A DNA stretch of 64,000 nucleotides from the human T2T-CHM13v2.0 reference genome, Homo sapiens, in the NCBI RefSeq assembly GCF_009914755.1, contig NC_060925.1. One strand, written 5' to 3'. The notes beneath the pieces are model-generated. The model was not told where the DNA came from and made no database searches. It was given only the letters and a program-made list of their open reading frames with translations. This document shows, one piece after another, positions 26,844 through 41,363 of the stretch (positions are counted from its first letter, which is position 1; each line of letters begins with the position of its first letter). The position numbers and the translations under genes were made by a program.

Positions 26844-29834
26844 AGAATAGGAAATATCTTCCTATAGAAACTAGACAGAATGATTCTCAGAAACTCCTTT
26901 GTGATGTGTGCGTTCAACTCACAGAGTTTAACCTTTCTTTTCATAGATCAGTTAGGAAACACTCTGTTTGTAAAGTCTGCAAGTGAATATTCAGACCTCT
27001 TTGAGGCCTTCGTTGGAAACGGGATTTCTTCATATTCTGCTAGACAGAAGAATTCTCAGTAACTTCCTTGTGTTGTGTGTATTCAACTCACAGAGTTGAA
27101 CGATCCTTTACACAGAGCAGACTTGAAACACTCTTTTTGTGGAATTTGCAAGTGGAGATTTCAGCCGCTTTGAGGTCAATGGTAGAAAAGAAAATATCTT
27201 CGTATAAAGACTAGACAGAATGATTCTCAGAAACTCCTTTGTGATGTGTGCGTTCAACTCACAGAGTTTAACCTTTCTTCTCATAGAGCAGTTAGGAAGC
27301 ACTCTGTTTGTAAAGTCTGCAAGTGGATATTCAGACCTCCTTGAGGCCTTCGTTGGAAACGGGATTTCTTCATATTATGCTATACAGAAGAATTCTCAGT
27401 AACTTCCTTGTGTTGTGTGTATTCAACTCACAAAGTTGAACGATCCTTTACAGAGAGCAGACTTGAAACACTCTTTTTGTGGAATTTGCAAGTGGAGATT
27501 TCAGCCGCTTTGAGGTCAATGGTAGAATAGGAAATATCTTCCAATAGAAACTAGACAGAATGATTCTCAGAAACTCCTTTGTGATGTGTGCGTTCAACTC
27601 ACAGAGTTTAACCTTTCTGTTCATAGAGCAGTTAGGAAACACTCTGTTTGTAAAGTCTGCAAGTGGATATTCAGACCTCTTTGAGGCCTTCGTTGGAAAC
27701 GGTATTTCTTCATATTCTGCTAGACAGAATAATTCTCAGTAACTTCCTTGTGTTGTGTGTATTCAACTCACAGAGTTGAACGATCCTTTACAGAGAGCAG
27801 ACTTGAAACACTCTTTTTGTGGAATTTGCAAGTGGAGATTTCAGCCGCTTTGAGGTCAATGGTAGAAAAGGAAATATCTTTGTATAAAGACTAGACAGAA
27901 TGATTCTCAGAAACTCCTTTGTGATGTGTGCGTTCAACTCACAGAGTTTAACTTTTCTTTTCATAGAGCAGTTAGGAAACACTCTGTTTGTAAAGTCTGC
28001 AAGAGGATATTCAGACCTCTTTAAGGCCTTCGTTGGAAAAGGGATTTCTTCATATTCTGCTAGACAGAAGAATTCTCAGTAACTTCCTTGTGTTGTGTGT
28101 ATTCAACTCACAGAGTTGAACGATCCTTTACACAGAGCAGACTTGAAACACTCTTTTTGTGGAATTTGCAAGTGGAGATTTCAGCCGCTTTGAGGTCAAT
28201 GGTAGAAAAGGAAATATCTTCGTATAAAGACTAGACAGAATGATTCTCAGAAACTCCTTTGTGATGTGTGCGTTCAACTCACAGAGTTTAACTTTTCTTT
28301 TCATAGAGCAGTTAGGAAACACTCTGTTTGTAAAGTCTGCAAGTGGATATTCAGACCTCTTTGAGGCCTTCGTTGGATCGGGATTTCCTCATATTATGCT
28401 AGACAGAAGAATTCTCAGTAACTTCCTTGTGTTGTGTGTATTCAACTCACAGAGTTGAACGATCCTTTACAGAGAGCAGACTTGAAAGACTCTTTTTGTG
28501 GAATTTGCAAGTGGAGATTTCAGCCGCTTTGAGGTCAATGTTAGAATAGGAAATATCTTCCTATAGAAACTAGACAGAATGATTCTCAGAAACTCCTTTG
28601 TGATGTGTGCGTTCAACTCACAGAGTTTAACCTTTCTTTTCATAGAGCAGTTAGGAAACACTCTGTTTGTAAAGTCTGCAAGTGGATATTCAGACCTCTT
28701 TGTGGCCTTCGTTGGAAACGGGATTTCTTCATATTCTGCTAGACAGAAGAATTCTCAGTAACTTCCTTGTGTTGTGTGTATTCAACTCACAGAGTTGAGC
28801 GATCCTTTACACAGAGCAGACTTGAAACACTCTTTTTGTGGAATTTGCAAGTGGAGATTTCAGCCACTTTGAGGTCAAAAGTAGAAAAGGAAATATCTTC
28901 GTAGAAAAACTAGACAGAATGATTCTCAGATACTCCTTTGTGATGTGTGTGTTCAACTCACAGAGTTTAACCTTTCTTTTCATAGAGCAGTTAGTAAACA
29001 CTCTGTTTATAAAGTCTGCAAGTGGATATTCAGACCCCTTTGAGGCCTTCGTTGGAAACGGGATTTCTTCATATTATGCTAGACAGAAGAATTCTCAGTA
29101 ACTTCCTTGTGTTGTGTGTATTCAACTGACAGAGTTGAACTTTCATTTAGAGAGAGCAGATTTGAAACACTGTTTTTGTGGAATTTGCAAGTGGAGATTT
29201 CAAGCCCTTTGGGGCCAAAGGCAGAAAAGCAAATATCTTCGTGTAAAAATTAGACAGAATCATTCTCAGAAACTGCTGCATGATGTGTGCGTTCAACTCT
29301 CAGAGTTTAACTTTTCTTTTCATTCAGCGGTTTGGAAACACTCTGTTTGTAAAGTCTGCACGTGGATATTTTGACCACTTAGAGGCCTTCGTTGGAAACG
29401 GGTTTTTTTCATGTAAGGCTAGACAGAAGAATTCCCAGTAACTTCCTTGTGTTGTGTGCATTCAACTCACAGAGTTGAACGTTCCCTTAGACAGAGCAGA
29501 TTTGAAACACTCTATTTCTGCAATTTGCAAGTGTAGATTTCAAGCGCTTTAAGGTCAATGGCAGAAAAGGAAATATCTTCGTTTCAAAACTAGACAGAAT
29601 CATTCCCAGAAACTGCGTTGTGATGAGTTCGTTCAACTCGCAGAGTTTAACCTTTCTGTTCATAGAGCAGTTAGGAAACACTCTGTTTGTAAAGTCTGTA
29701 AGTGGATATTCTGACATCTTGTGGCCTTCGTTGGAAACGGGATTTCTTCATATTCTGCTAGACAGAAGAATTCTCAGTAACTTCCTTGTGTTGTGTGTAT
29801 TCAACTCACATAGTTGAACGATCCTTTACACAGA

Positions 29835-32800
29835 GCAGACTTGAAACACTCTTTTTGTGGAATTTGCAAGTGGAGATTTCAGCCGCTTTGAGGTCAATGG
29901 TAGAAAAGGAAATATCTTCGTATAAAGACTAGACAGAATGATTCTCAGAAACTCCTTTGTGATGTGTGCGTTCAACTCACAGAGTTTAACTTTTCTTTTC
30001 ATAGAGCAGTTAGGAAACACTCTGTTTGTAAAGTCTGCAAGTGGATATTCAGACCTCTTTGAGGCCTTCGTTGGAAACGGGATTTCCTCATATTATGCTA
30101 GACAGAAGAATTCTCAGTAACTTCCTTGTGTTGTGTGTATTCAACTCACAGAGTTGAACGATCCTTTACAGAGAGCAGACTTGAAAGACTCTTTTTGTGG
30201 AATTTGCAAGTGGAGATTTCAGCCGCTTTGAGGTCAATGGTAGAATAGGAAATATCTTCCTATAGAAACTAGACAGAATGATTCTCAGAAACTCCTTTGT
30301 GATGTGTGCGTTCAAATCACAGAGTTTAACCTTTCTTTTCATAGAGCAGTTAGGAAACACTCTGTTTGTAAAGTCTGCAAGTGGATATTCAGACCTCTTT
30401 GAGGCCTTCGTTGGAAACGGGATTTCTTCATATTCTGCTAGACAGAAGAATTCTCAGTAACTTCCTTGTGTTGTGTGTATTCAACTCACAGAGTTGAGCG
30501 ATCCTTTACACAGAGCAGACTTGAAACACTCTTTATGTGGAATTTGCAAGTGGAGATTTCAGCCACTTTGAGGTCAAAAGTAGAAAAGGAAATATCTTCG
30601 TAGCAAAACTAGACAGAATGATTCTCAGATACTCCTTTGTGATGTGTGTGTTCAACTCACAGAGTTTAACCTTTCTTTTCATAGAGCAGTTAGTAAACAC
30701 TCTGTTTATAAAGTCTGCAAGTGGATATTCAGACCCCTTTGAGGCCTTCGTTGGAAACGGGATTTCTTCATATTATGCTAGACAGAAGAATTCTCAGTAA
30801 CTTCCTTGTGTTGTGTGTATTCAACTGACAGAGTTGAACTTTCATTTAGAGAGAGCAGATTTGAAACACTGTTTTTGTGGAATTTGCAAGTGGAGATTTC
30901 AAGCCCTTTGGGGCCAAAGGCAGAAAAGAAAATATCTTCGTGTAAATATTAGACAGAATCATTCTCAGAAACTGCTGCATGATGTGTGCGTTCAACTCTC
31001 AGAGTTTAACTTTTCTTTTCATTCAGCGGTTTGGAAACACTCTGTTTGTAAAGTCTGCACGTGGATATTTTGACCACTTAGAGGCCTTCGTTGGAAACGG
31101 GTTTTTTTCATGTAAGGCTAGACAGAAGAATTTCCAGTAACTTCCTTGTGTTGTGTGCATTCAACTCACAGAGTTGAACGTTCCCTTAGACAGAGCAGAT
31201 TTGAAACACTCTATTTCTGCAATTTGCAAGTGTAGATTTCAAGCGCTTTAAGGTCAATGGCAGAAAAGGAAATATCTTCGTTTCAAAACTAGACAGAATC
31301 ATTCCCACAAACTGCGTTGTGATGTGTTCGTTCAACTCACAGAGTTTAACCTTTCTGTTCATAGAGCAGTTAGGAAACACTCTGTTTGTAAAGTCTGTAA
31401 GTGGATATTCTGACATCTTGTGGCCTTCGTTGGAAACGGGATTTCTTCATATTCTGCTAGACAGAAGAATTCTCAGTAACTTCCTTGTGTTGTGTGTATT
31501 CAACACACAGAGTTGAACGATGCTTTACACAGAGCAGACTTGAAACACTCTTTTTGTGGAATTTGCAAGTGGAGATTTCAGCCGCTTTGAGGTCAATGGT
31601 AGAAAAGGAAATATCTTCGTATAAAGACTAGACAGAATGATTCTCAGAAAATCCTTTGTGATGTGTGCGTTCAACTCACAGAGTTTAACCTTTCTGTTCA
31701 TAGAGCAGTTAGGAAACACTCTGTTTGTAAAGTCTGCAAGTGGATATTCAGACCTCCTTGATTCCTTCGGTGGAAACGGGATTTCTTCATATTATGCTAG
31801 ACAGAAGAATTCTCAGTAACTTCCTTGTGTTGTGTGTATTCAACTCACAGAGTTGAACGATCCTTTACAGAGAGCAGACTTGAAACACTCTTTTTGTGGA
31901 ATTTGCAAGTGGAGATTTCAGCCGCTTTGAGGTCAATGGTAGAAAAGGAAACTATCTTCGTATAAAGACTAGACAGAATGATTCTCAGAAAATCCTTTGT
32001 GATGTGTGCGTTCAACTCACAGAGTTTAACCTTTCTTTTCATAGAGCAGTTAGTAAACACTCTGTTTATAAAGTCTGCAAGTGGATATTCAGACCCCTTT
32101 GAGGCCTTCGTTGGAAACGGGATTTCTTCATATTATGCTAGACAGAAGAATTCTCAGTAACTTCCTTGTGTTGTGTGTATTCAACTGACAGAGTTGAACT
32201 TTCATTTAGAGAGAGCAGATTTGAAACACTGTTTTTGTGGAATTTGCAAGTGGAGATTTCAAGCGCTTTCGGGCCAAAGGCAGAAAAGGAAATATCTTCG
32301 TATGAAAACTAGACAGAATCATTCTCAGAAACTGCTGCGTGATGTGTGCGTTCAACTCTCAGAGTTTAACTTTTCTTTTCATTCAGCGGTTTGGAAACAC
32401 TCTGTTTGTAAAGTCTGCACGTGGATATTTTGACCACTTAGAGGCCTTCGTTGGAAACGGGTTTTTTTCATGTAAGGCTAGACAGAAGAATTCCCAGTAA
32501 CTTCCTTGTGTTGTGTGCATTCAACTCACAGAGTTGAACGTTCCCTTAGACAGAGCAGATTTGAAACACTCTATTTGTGCAATTTGCAAGTGTAGATTTC
32601 AAGCGCTTTAAGGTCAATGGCAGAAAAGGAAATATCTTCGTTTCAAAACTAGACAGAATCATTCCCAGAAACTGCGTTGTGATGAGTTCGTTCAACTCGC
32701 AGAGTTTAACCTTTCTGTTCATAGAGCAGTTAGGAAACACTCTGTTTCTAAAGTCTGTAAGTGGATATTCTGACATCTTGTGGCCTTCGTTGGAAACGGG

Positions 32801-35800
32801 ATTTCTTCATATTCTGCTAGACAGAATAATTCTCAGTAACTTCCTTGTGTTGTGTGTATTCAACTCACAGAGTTGAACGATCCTTTACACAGAGCAGACT
32901 TGAAACACTCTTTTTGTGGAATTTGCAAGTGGAGATTTCAGCCGCTTTGAGGTCAATGGTAGAAAAGGAAATATCTTCGTATAAAGACTAGACAGAATGA
33001 TTCTCAGAAACTCCTTTGTGATGTGTGCGTTCAACTCACAGAGTTTAACTTTTCTTTTCATAGAGCAGTTAGGAAACACTCTGTTTGTAAAGTCTGCAAG
33101 TGGATATTCAGACCTCTTTGAGGCCTTCGTTGGAAACGGGATTTCCTCATATTATGCTAGACAGAAGAATTCTCAGTAACTTCCTTGTGTTGTGTGTATT
33201 CAACTCACAGAGTTGAACGATCCTTTACAGAGAGCAGACTTGAAACACTCTTTTTGTGGAATTTGCAAGTGGAGATTTCAGCCGCTTTGAGGTCAATGGT
33301 AGAATAGGAAATATCTTCCTATAGAAACTAGACAGAATGATTCTCAGAAACTCCTTTGTGATGTGTGCGTTCAAATCACAGAGTTTAACCTTTCTTTTCA
33401 TAGAGCAGTTAGGAAACACTCTGTTTGTAAAGTCTGCAAGTGGATATTCAGACCCCTTTGAGGCCTTCGTTGGAAACGGTATTTCTTCATATTCTGCTAG
33501 ACAGAAGAATTCTCAGTAAATTCCTTGTGTTGTGTGTATTCAACTCACAGAGTTGAACGATCCTTTACACAGAGCAGACTTGAAACACTCTTTTTGTGGA
33601 ATTTGCAAGTGGAGATTTCAGCCGCTTTGAGGTCAATGGCAGAAAAGGAAATATCTTCGTATAAAGACTAGACAGAATCATTCCCACAAACTGCGTTGTG
33701 ATGTGTTCGTTCAACTCACAGAGTTTAACCTTTCTGTTCATAGAGCAGTTAGGAAACACTCTGTTTGTAAAGTCTGTAAGTGGATATTCTGACATCTTGT
33801 GGCCTTCGTTGGAAACGGGATTTCTTCATATTCTGCTAGACAGAAGAATTCTCAGTAACTTCCTTGTGTTGTGTGTATTCAACTCACAGAGTTGAACGAT
33901 CCTTTACACAGAGCAGACTTGAAACACTCTTTTTGTGGAATTTGCAAGTGGAGATTTCAGCCGCTTTGAGGTCAATGGTAGAATAGGAAATATCTTCCTA
34001 TAGAAACTAGACAGAATGATTCTCAGAAACTCCTTTGTGATGTGTGCGTTCAACTCTCAGAGTTTAACCTTTCTTTTCATAGATCAGTTAGGAAACACTC
34101 TGTTTGTAAAGTCTGCAAGTGAATATTCAGACCTCTTTGAGGCCTTCGTTGGAAACGGGATTTCTTCATATTCTGCTACACAGAAGAATTCTCAGTAACT
34201 TCCTTGTGTTGTGTGTATTCAACTCACAGAGTTGAACGATCCTTTACACAGAGCAGACTTGAAACACTCTTTTTGTGGAATTTGCAAGTGGAGATTTCAG
34301 CCGCTTTGAGGTCAATGGTAGAAAAGAAAATATCTTCGTATAAAGACTAGACAGAATGATTCTCAGAAACTCCTTTGTGATGTGTGCGTTCAACTCACAG
34401 AGTTTAACCTTTCTTCTCATAGAGCAGTTAGGAAGCACTCTGTTTGTAAAGTCTGCAAGTGGATATTCAGACCTCCTTGAGGCCTTCGTTGGAAACGGGA
34501 TTTCTTCATATTCTGCTAGACAGAAGAATTCTCAGTAACTTCCTTGTGTTGTGTGTATTCAACTCACAGAGTTGAACGATCCTTTACACATAGCAGACTT
34601 GAAACACTCTTTTTGTGGAATTTGCAAGTGGAGATTTCAGCCGCTTTGAGGTCAATGGTAGAATAGGAAATATCTTCCTATAGAAACTAGACAGAATGAT
34701 TCTCAGAAACTCCTTTGTGATGTGTGCGTTCAACTCACAGAGTTTAACTTTTCTTTTCATAGAACAGTTAGGAAACACTCTGTTTGTAAAGTCTGCAAGT
34801 GGATATTCAGACCTCTTTGAGGCCTTCGTTGGAAACGGGATTTCTTCATATTATGCTATACAGAAGAATTCTCAGTAACTTCCTTGTGTTGTGTGTATTC
34901 AACTCACAAAGTTGAACGATCCTTTACAGAGAGCAGACTTGAAACACTCTTTTTGTGGAATTTGCAAGTGGAGATTTCAGCCGCTTTGAGGTCAATGGTA
35001 GAATAGGAAATATCTTCCAATAGAAACTAGACAGAATGATTCTCAGAAACTCCTTTGTGATGTGTGCGTTCAACTCACAGAGTTTAACCTTTCTGTTCAT
35101 AGAGCAGTTAGGAAACACTCTGTTTGTAAAGTCTGCAAGTGGATATTCAGACCTCTTTGAGGCCTTCTTTGGAAACGGTATTTCTTCATATTCTGCTAGA
35201 CAGAATAATTCTCAGTAACTTCCTTGTGTTGTGTGTATTCAACTCACAGAGTTGAACGATCCTTTACAGAGAGCAGACTTGAAACACTCTTTTTGTGGAA
35301 TTTGCAAGTGGAGATTTCAGCCGCTTTGAGGTCAATGGTAGAAAAGGAAATATCTTTGTATAAAGACTAGACAGAATGATTCTCAGAAACTCCTTTGTGA
35401 TGTGTGCGTTCAACTCACAGAGTTTAACTTTTCTTTTCATAGAGCAGTTAGGAAACACTCTGTTTGTAAAGTCTGCAAGAGGATATTCAGACCTCTTTAA
35501 GGCCTTCGTTGGAAAAGGGATTTCTTCATATTCTGCTAGACAGAAGAATTCTCAGTAACTTCCTTGTGTTGTGTGTATTCAACTCACAAAGTTGAACGAT
35601 CCTTTACAGAGAGCAGACTTGAAACACTCTTTTTGTGGAATTTGCAAGTGGAGATTTCAGCCGCTTTGAGGTCAATGGTAGAAAAGGAAATATCTTCGTA
35701 TAAAGACTAGACAGAATGATTCTCAGAAACTCCTTTGTGATGTGTGCGTTCAACTCACAGAGTTTAACTTTTCTTTTCATAGAGCAGTTAGGAAACACTC

Positions 35801-38800
35801 TGTTTGTAAAGTCTGCAAGTGGATATTCAGACCTCTTTGAGGCCTTCGTTGGAAACGGGATTTCCTCATATTATGCTAGACAGAAGAATTCTCAGTAACT
35901 TCCTTGTGTTGTGTGTATTCAACTCACAGAGTTGAACGATCCTTTACAGAGAGCAGACTTGAAAGACTCTTTTTGTGGAATTTGCAAGTGGAGATTTCAG
36001 CCGCTTTGAGGTCAATGGTAGAATAGGAAATATCTTCCTATAGAAACTAGACAGAATGATTCTCAGAAACTCCTTTGTGATGTGTGCGTTCAAATCACAG
36101 AGTTTAACCTTTCTTTTCATAGAGCAGTTAGGAAACACTCTGTTTGTAAAGTCTGCAAGTGGATATTCAGACCTCTTTGAGGCCTTCGTTGGAAACGGGA
36201 TTTCTTCATATTCTGCTAGACAGAAGAATTCTCAGTAACTTCCTTGTGTTGTGTGTATTCAACTCACAGAGTTGAGCGATCCTTTACACAGAGCAGACTT
36301 GAAACACTCTTTATGTGGAATTTGCAAGTGGAGATTTCAGCCACTTTGAGGTCAAAAGTAGAAAAGGAAATATCTTCGTAGCAAAACTAGACAGAATGAT
36401 TCTCAGATACTCCTTTGTGATGTGTGTGTTCAACTCACAGAGTTTAACCTTTCTTTTCATAGAGCAGTTAGTAAACACTCTGTTTATAAAGTCTGCAAGT
36501 GGATATTCAGACCCCTTTGAGGCCTTCGTTGGAAACGGGATTTCTTCATATTATGCTAGACAGAAGAATTCTCAGTAACTTCCTTGTGTTGTGTGTATTC
36601 AACTGACAGAGTTGAACTTTCATTTAGAGAGAGCAGATTTGAAACACTGTTTTTGTGGAATTTGCAAGTGGAGATTTCAAGCCCTTTGGGGCCAAAGGCA
36701 GAAAAGGAAATATCTTCGTGTAAATATTAGACAGAATCATTCTCAGAAACTGCTGCATGATGTGTGCGTTCAACTCTCAGAGTTTAACTTTTCTTTTCAT
36801 TCAGCGGTTTGGAAACACTCTGTTTGTAAAGTCTGCACGTGGATATTTTGACCACTTAGAGGCCTTCGTTGGAAACGGGTTTTTTTCATGTAAGGCTAGA
36901 CAGAAGAATTTCCAGTAACTTCCTTGTGTTGTGTGCATTCAACTCACAGAGTTGAACGTTCCCTTAGACAGAGCAGATTTGAAACACTCTATTTCTGCAA
37001 TTTGCAAGTGTAGATTTCAAGCGCTTTAAGGTCAATGGCAGAAAAGGAAATATCTTCGTTTCAAAACTAGACAGAATCATTCCCACAAACTGCGTTGTGA
37101 TGTGTTCGTTCAACTCACAGAGTTTAACCTTTCTGTTCATAGAGCAGTTAGGAAACACTCTGTTTGTAAAGTCTGTAAGTGGATATTCTGACATCTTGTG
37201 ACCTTCGTTGGAAACGGGATTTCTTCATATTCTGCTAGACAGAAGAATTCTCAGTAACTTCCTTGTGTTGTGTGTATTCAACACACAGAGTTGAACGATG
37301 CTTTACACAGAGCAGACTTGAAACACTCTTTTTGTGGAATTTGCAAGTGGAGATTTCAGCCGCTTTGAGGTCAATGGTAGAAAAGGAAATATCTTCGTAT
37401 AAAGACTAGACAGAATGATTCTCAGAAAATCCTTTGTGATGTGTGCGTTCAACTCACAGAGTTTAACCTTTCTGTTCATAGAGCAGTTAGGAAACACTCT
37501 GTTTGTAAAGTCTGCAAGTGGATATTCAGACCTCCTTGATTCCTTCGGTGGAAACGGGATTTCTTCATATTATGCTAGACAGAAGAATTCTCAGTAACTT
37601 CCTTGTGTTGTGTGTATTCAACTCACAGAGTTGAACGATCCTTTACAGAGAGCAGACTTGAAACACTCTTTTTGTGGAATTTGCAAGTGGAGATTTCAGC
37701 CGCTTTGAGGTCAATGGTAGAAAAGGAAACTATCTTCGTATAAAGACTAGACAGAATGATTCTCAGAAAATCCTTTGTGATGTGTGCGTTCAACTCACAG
37801 AGTTTAACCTTTCTTTTCATAGAGCAGTTAGTAAACACTCTGTTTATAAAGTCTGCAAGTGGATATTCAGACCCCTTTGAGGCCTTCGTTGGAAACGGGA
37901 TTTCTTCATATTATGCTAGACAGAAGAATTCTCAGTAACTTCCTTGTGTTGTGTGTATTCAACTGACAGAGTTGAACTTTCATTTAGAGAGAGCAGATTT
38001 GAAACACTGTTTTTGTGGAATTTGCAAGTGGAGATTTCAAGCGCTTTCGGGCCAAAGGCAGAAAAGGAAATATCTTCGTATGAAAACTAGACAGAATCAT
38101 TCTCAGAAACTGCTGCGTGATGTGTGCGTTCAACTCTCAGAGTTTAACTTTTCTTTTCATTCAGCGGTTTGGAAACACTCTGTTTGTAAAGTCTGCACGT
38201 GGATATTTTGACCACTTAGAGGCCTTCGTTGGAAACGGGTTTTTTTCATGTAAGGCTAGACAGAAGAATTCCCAGTAACTTCCTTGTGTTGTGTGCATTC
38301 AACTCACAGAGTTGAACGTTCCCTTAGACAGAGCAGATTTGAAACACTCTATTTGTGCAATTTGCAAGTGTAGATTTCAAGCGCTTTAAGGTGAATGGCA
38401 GAAAAGGAAATATCTTCGTTTCAAAACTAGACAGAATCATTCCCAGAAACTGCGTTGTGATGAGTTCGTTCAACTCGCAGAGTTTAACCTTTCTGTTCAT
38501 AGAGCAGTTAGGAAACACTCTGTTTCTAAAGTCTGTAAGTGGATATTCTGACATCTTGTGGCCTTCGTTGGAAACGGGATTTCTTCATATTCTGCTAGAC
38601 AGAAGAATTCTCAGTAACTTCCTTGTGTTGTGTGTATTCAACTCACAGAGTTGAACGATCCTTTACACAGAGCAGACTTGAAACACTCTTTTTGTGGAAT
38701 TTGCAAGTGGAGATTTCAGCCGCTTTGAGGTCAATGGTAGAAAAGGAAATATCTTCGTATAAAGACTAGACAGAATGATTCTCAGAAACTCCTTTGTGAT

Positions 38801-41363
38801 GTGTGCGTTCAACTCACAGAGTTTAACTTTTCTTTTCATAGAGCAGTTAGGAAACACTCTGTTTGTAAAGTCTGCAAGTGGATATTCAGACCTCTTTGAG
38901 GCCTTCGTTGGAAACGGGATTTCCTCATATTATGCTAGACAGAAGAATTCTCAGTAACTTCCTTGTGTTGTGTGTATTCAACTCACAGAGTTGAACGATC
39001 CTTTACAGAGAGCAGACTTGAAACACTCTTTTTGTGGAATTTGCAAGTGGAGATTTCAGCCGCTTTGAGGTCAATGGTAGAATAGGAAATATCTTCCTAT
39101 AGAAACTAGACAGAATGATTCTCAGAAACTCCTTTGTGATGTGTGCGTTCAAATCACAGAGTTTAACCTTTCTTTTCATAGAGCAGTTAGGAAACACTCT
39201 GTTTGTAAAGTCTGCAAGTGGATATTCAGACCCCTTTGAGGCCTTCGTTGGAAACGGTATTTCTTCATATTCTGCTAGACAGAAGAATTCTCAGTAAATT
39301 CCTTGTGTTGTGTGTATTCAACTCACAGAGTTGAACGATCCTTTACACAGAGCAGACTTGAAACACTCTTTTTGTGGAATTTGCAAGTGGAGATTTCAGC
39401 CGCTTTGAGGTCAATGGCAGAAAAGGAAATATCTTCGTATAAAGACTAGACAGAATCATTCCCACAAACTGCGTTGTGATGTGTTCGTTCAACTCACAGA
39501 GTTTAACCTTTCTGTTCATAGAGCAGTTAGGAAACACTCTGTTTGTAAAGTCTGTAAGTGGATATTCTGACATCTTGTGGCTTTCGTTGGAAACGGGATT
39601 TCTTCATATTCTGCTAGACAGAAGAATTCTCAGTAACTTCCTTGTGTTGTGTGTATTCAACTCACAGAGTTGAACGATCCTTTACACAGAGCAGACTTGA
39701 AACACTCTTTTTGTGGAATTTGCAAGTGGAGATTTCAGCCGCTTTGAGGTCAATGGTAGAATAGGAAATATCTTCCTATAGAAACTAGACAGAATGATTC
39801 TCAGAAACTCCTTTGTGATGTGTGCGTTCAACTCACAGAGTTTAACCTTTCTTTTCATAGATCAGTTAGGAAACACTCTGTTTGTAAAGTCTGCAAGTGA
39901 ATATTCAGACCTCTTTGAGGCCTTCGTTGGAAACGGGATTTCTTCATATTCTGCTACACAGAAGAATTCTCAGTAACTTCCTTGTGTTGTGTGTATTCAA
40001 CTCACAGAGTTGAACGATCCTTTACACAGAGCAGACTTGAAACACTCTTTTTGTGGAATTTGCAAGTGGAGATTTCAGCCGCTTTGAGGTCAATGGTAGA
40101 AAAGAAAATATCTTCGTATAAAGACTAGACAGAATGATTCTCAGAAACTCCTTTGTGATGTGTGCGTTCAACTCACAGAGTTTAACCTTTCTTCTCATAG
40201 AGCAGTTAGGAAGCACTCTGTTTGTAAAGTCTGCAAGTGGATATTCAGACCTCCTTGAGGCCTTCGTTGGAAACGGGATTTCTTCATATTCTGCTAGACA
40301 GAAGAATTCTCAGTAACTTCCTTGTGTTGTGTGTATTCAACTCACAGAGTTGAACGATCCTTTACACATAGCAGACTTGAAACACTCTTTTTGTGGAATT
40401 TGCAAGTGGAGATTTCAGCCGCTTTGAGGTCAATGGTAGAATAGGAAATATCTTCCTATAGAAACTAGACAGAATGATTCTCAGAAACTCCTTTGTGATG
40501 TGTGCGTTCAACTCACAGAGTTTAACTTTTCTTTTCATAGAACAGTTAGGAAACACTCTGTTTGTAAAGTCTGCAAGTGGATATTCAGACCTCTTTGAGG
40601 CCTTCGTTGGAAACGGGATTTCTTCATATTATGCTATACAGAAGAATTCTCAGTAACTTCCTTGTGTTGTGTGTATTCAACTCACAAAGTTGAACGATCC
40701 TTTACAGAGAGCAGACTTGAAACACTCTTTTTGTGGAATTTGCAAGTGGAGATTTCAGCCGCTTTGAGGTCAATGGTAGAATAGGAAATATCTTCCAATA
40801 GAAACTAGACAGAATGATTCTCAGAAACTCCTTTGTGATGTGTGCGTTCAACTCACAGAGTTTAACCTTTCTGTTCATAGAGCAGTTAGGAAACACTCTG
40901 TTTGTAAAGTCTGCAAGTGGATATTCAGACCTCTTTGAGGCCTTCGTTGGAAACGGTATTTCTTCATATTCTGCTAGACAGAATAATTCTCAGTAACTTC
41001 CTTGTGTTGTGTGTATTCAACTCACAGAGTTGAACGATCCTTTACAGAGAGCAGACTTGAAACACTCTTTTTGTGGAATTTGCAAGTGGAGATTTCAGCC
41101 GCTTTGAGGTCAATGGTAGAAAAGGAAATATCTTTGTATAAAGACTAGACAGAATGATTCTCAGAAACTCCTTTGTGATGTGTGCGTTCAACTCACAGAG
41201 TTTAACTTTTCTTTTCATAGAGCAGTTAGGAAACACTCTGTTTGTAAAGTCTGCAAGAGGATATTCAGACCTCTTTAAGGCCTTCGTTGGAAAAGGGATT
41301 TCTTCATATTCTGCTAGACAGAAGAATTCTCAGTAACTTCCTTGTGTTGTGTGTATTCAACTC
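29835..41363 (+). repeat. Recent tandem duplication, period 5778 bp (17 dimers)
   Basis: ORF variants repeat at +5778: 30813->36591, 31637->37415, 32173->37951, 33565->39343, 34016->39794, 35376->41154. Confidence 0.92.
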
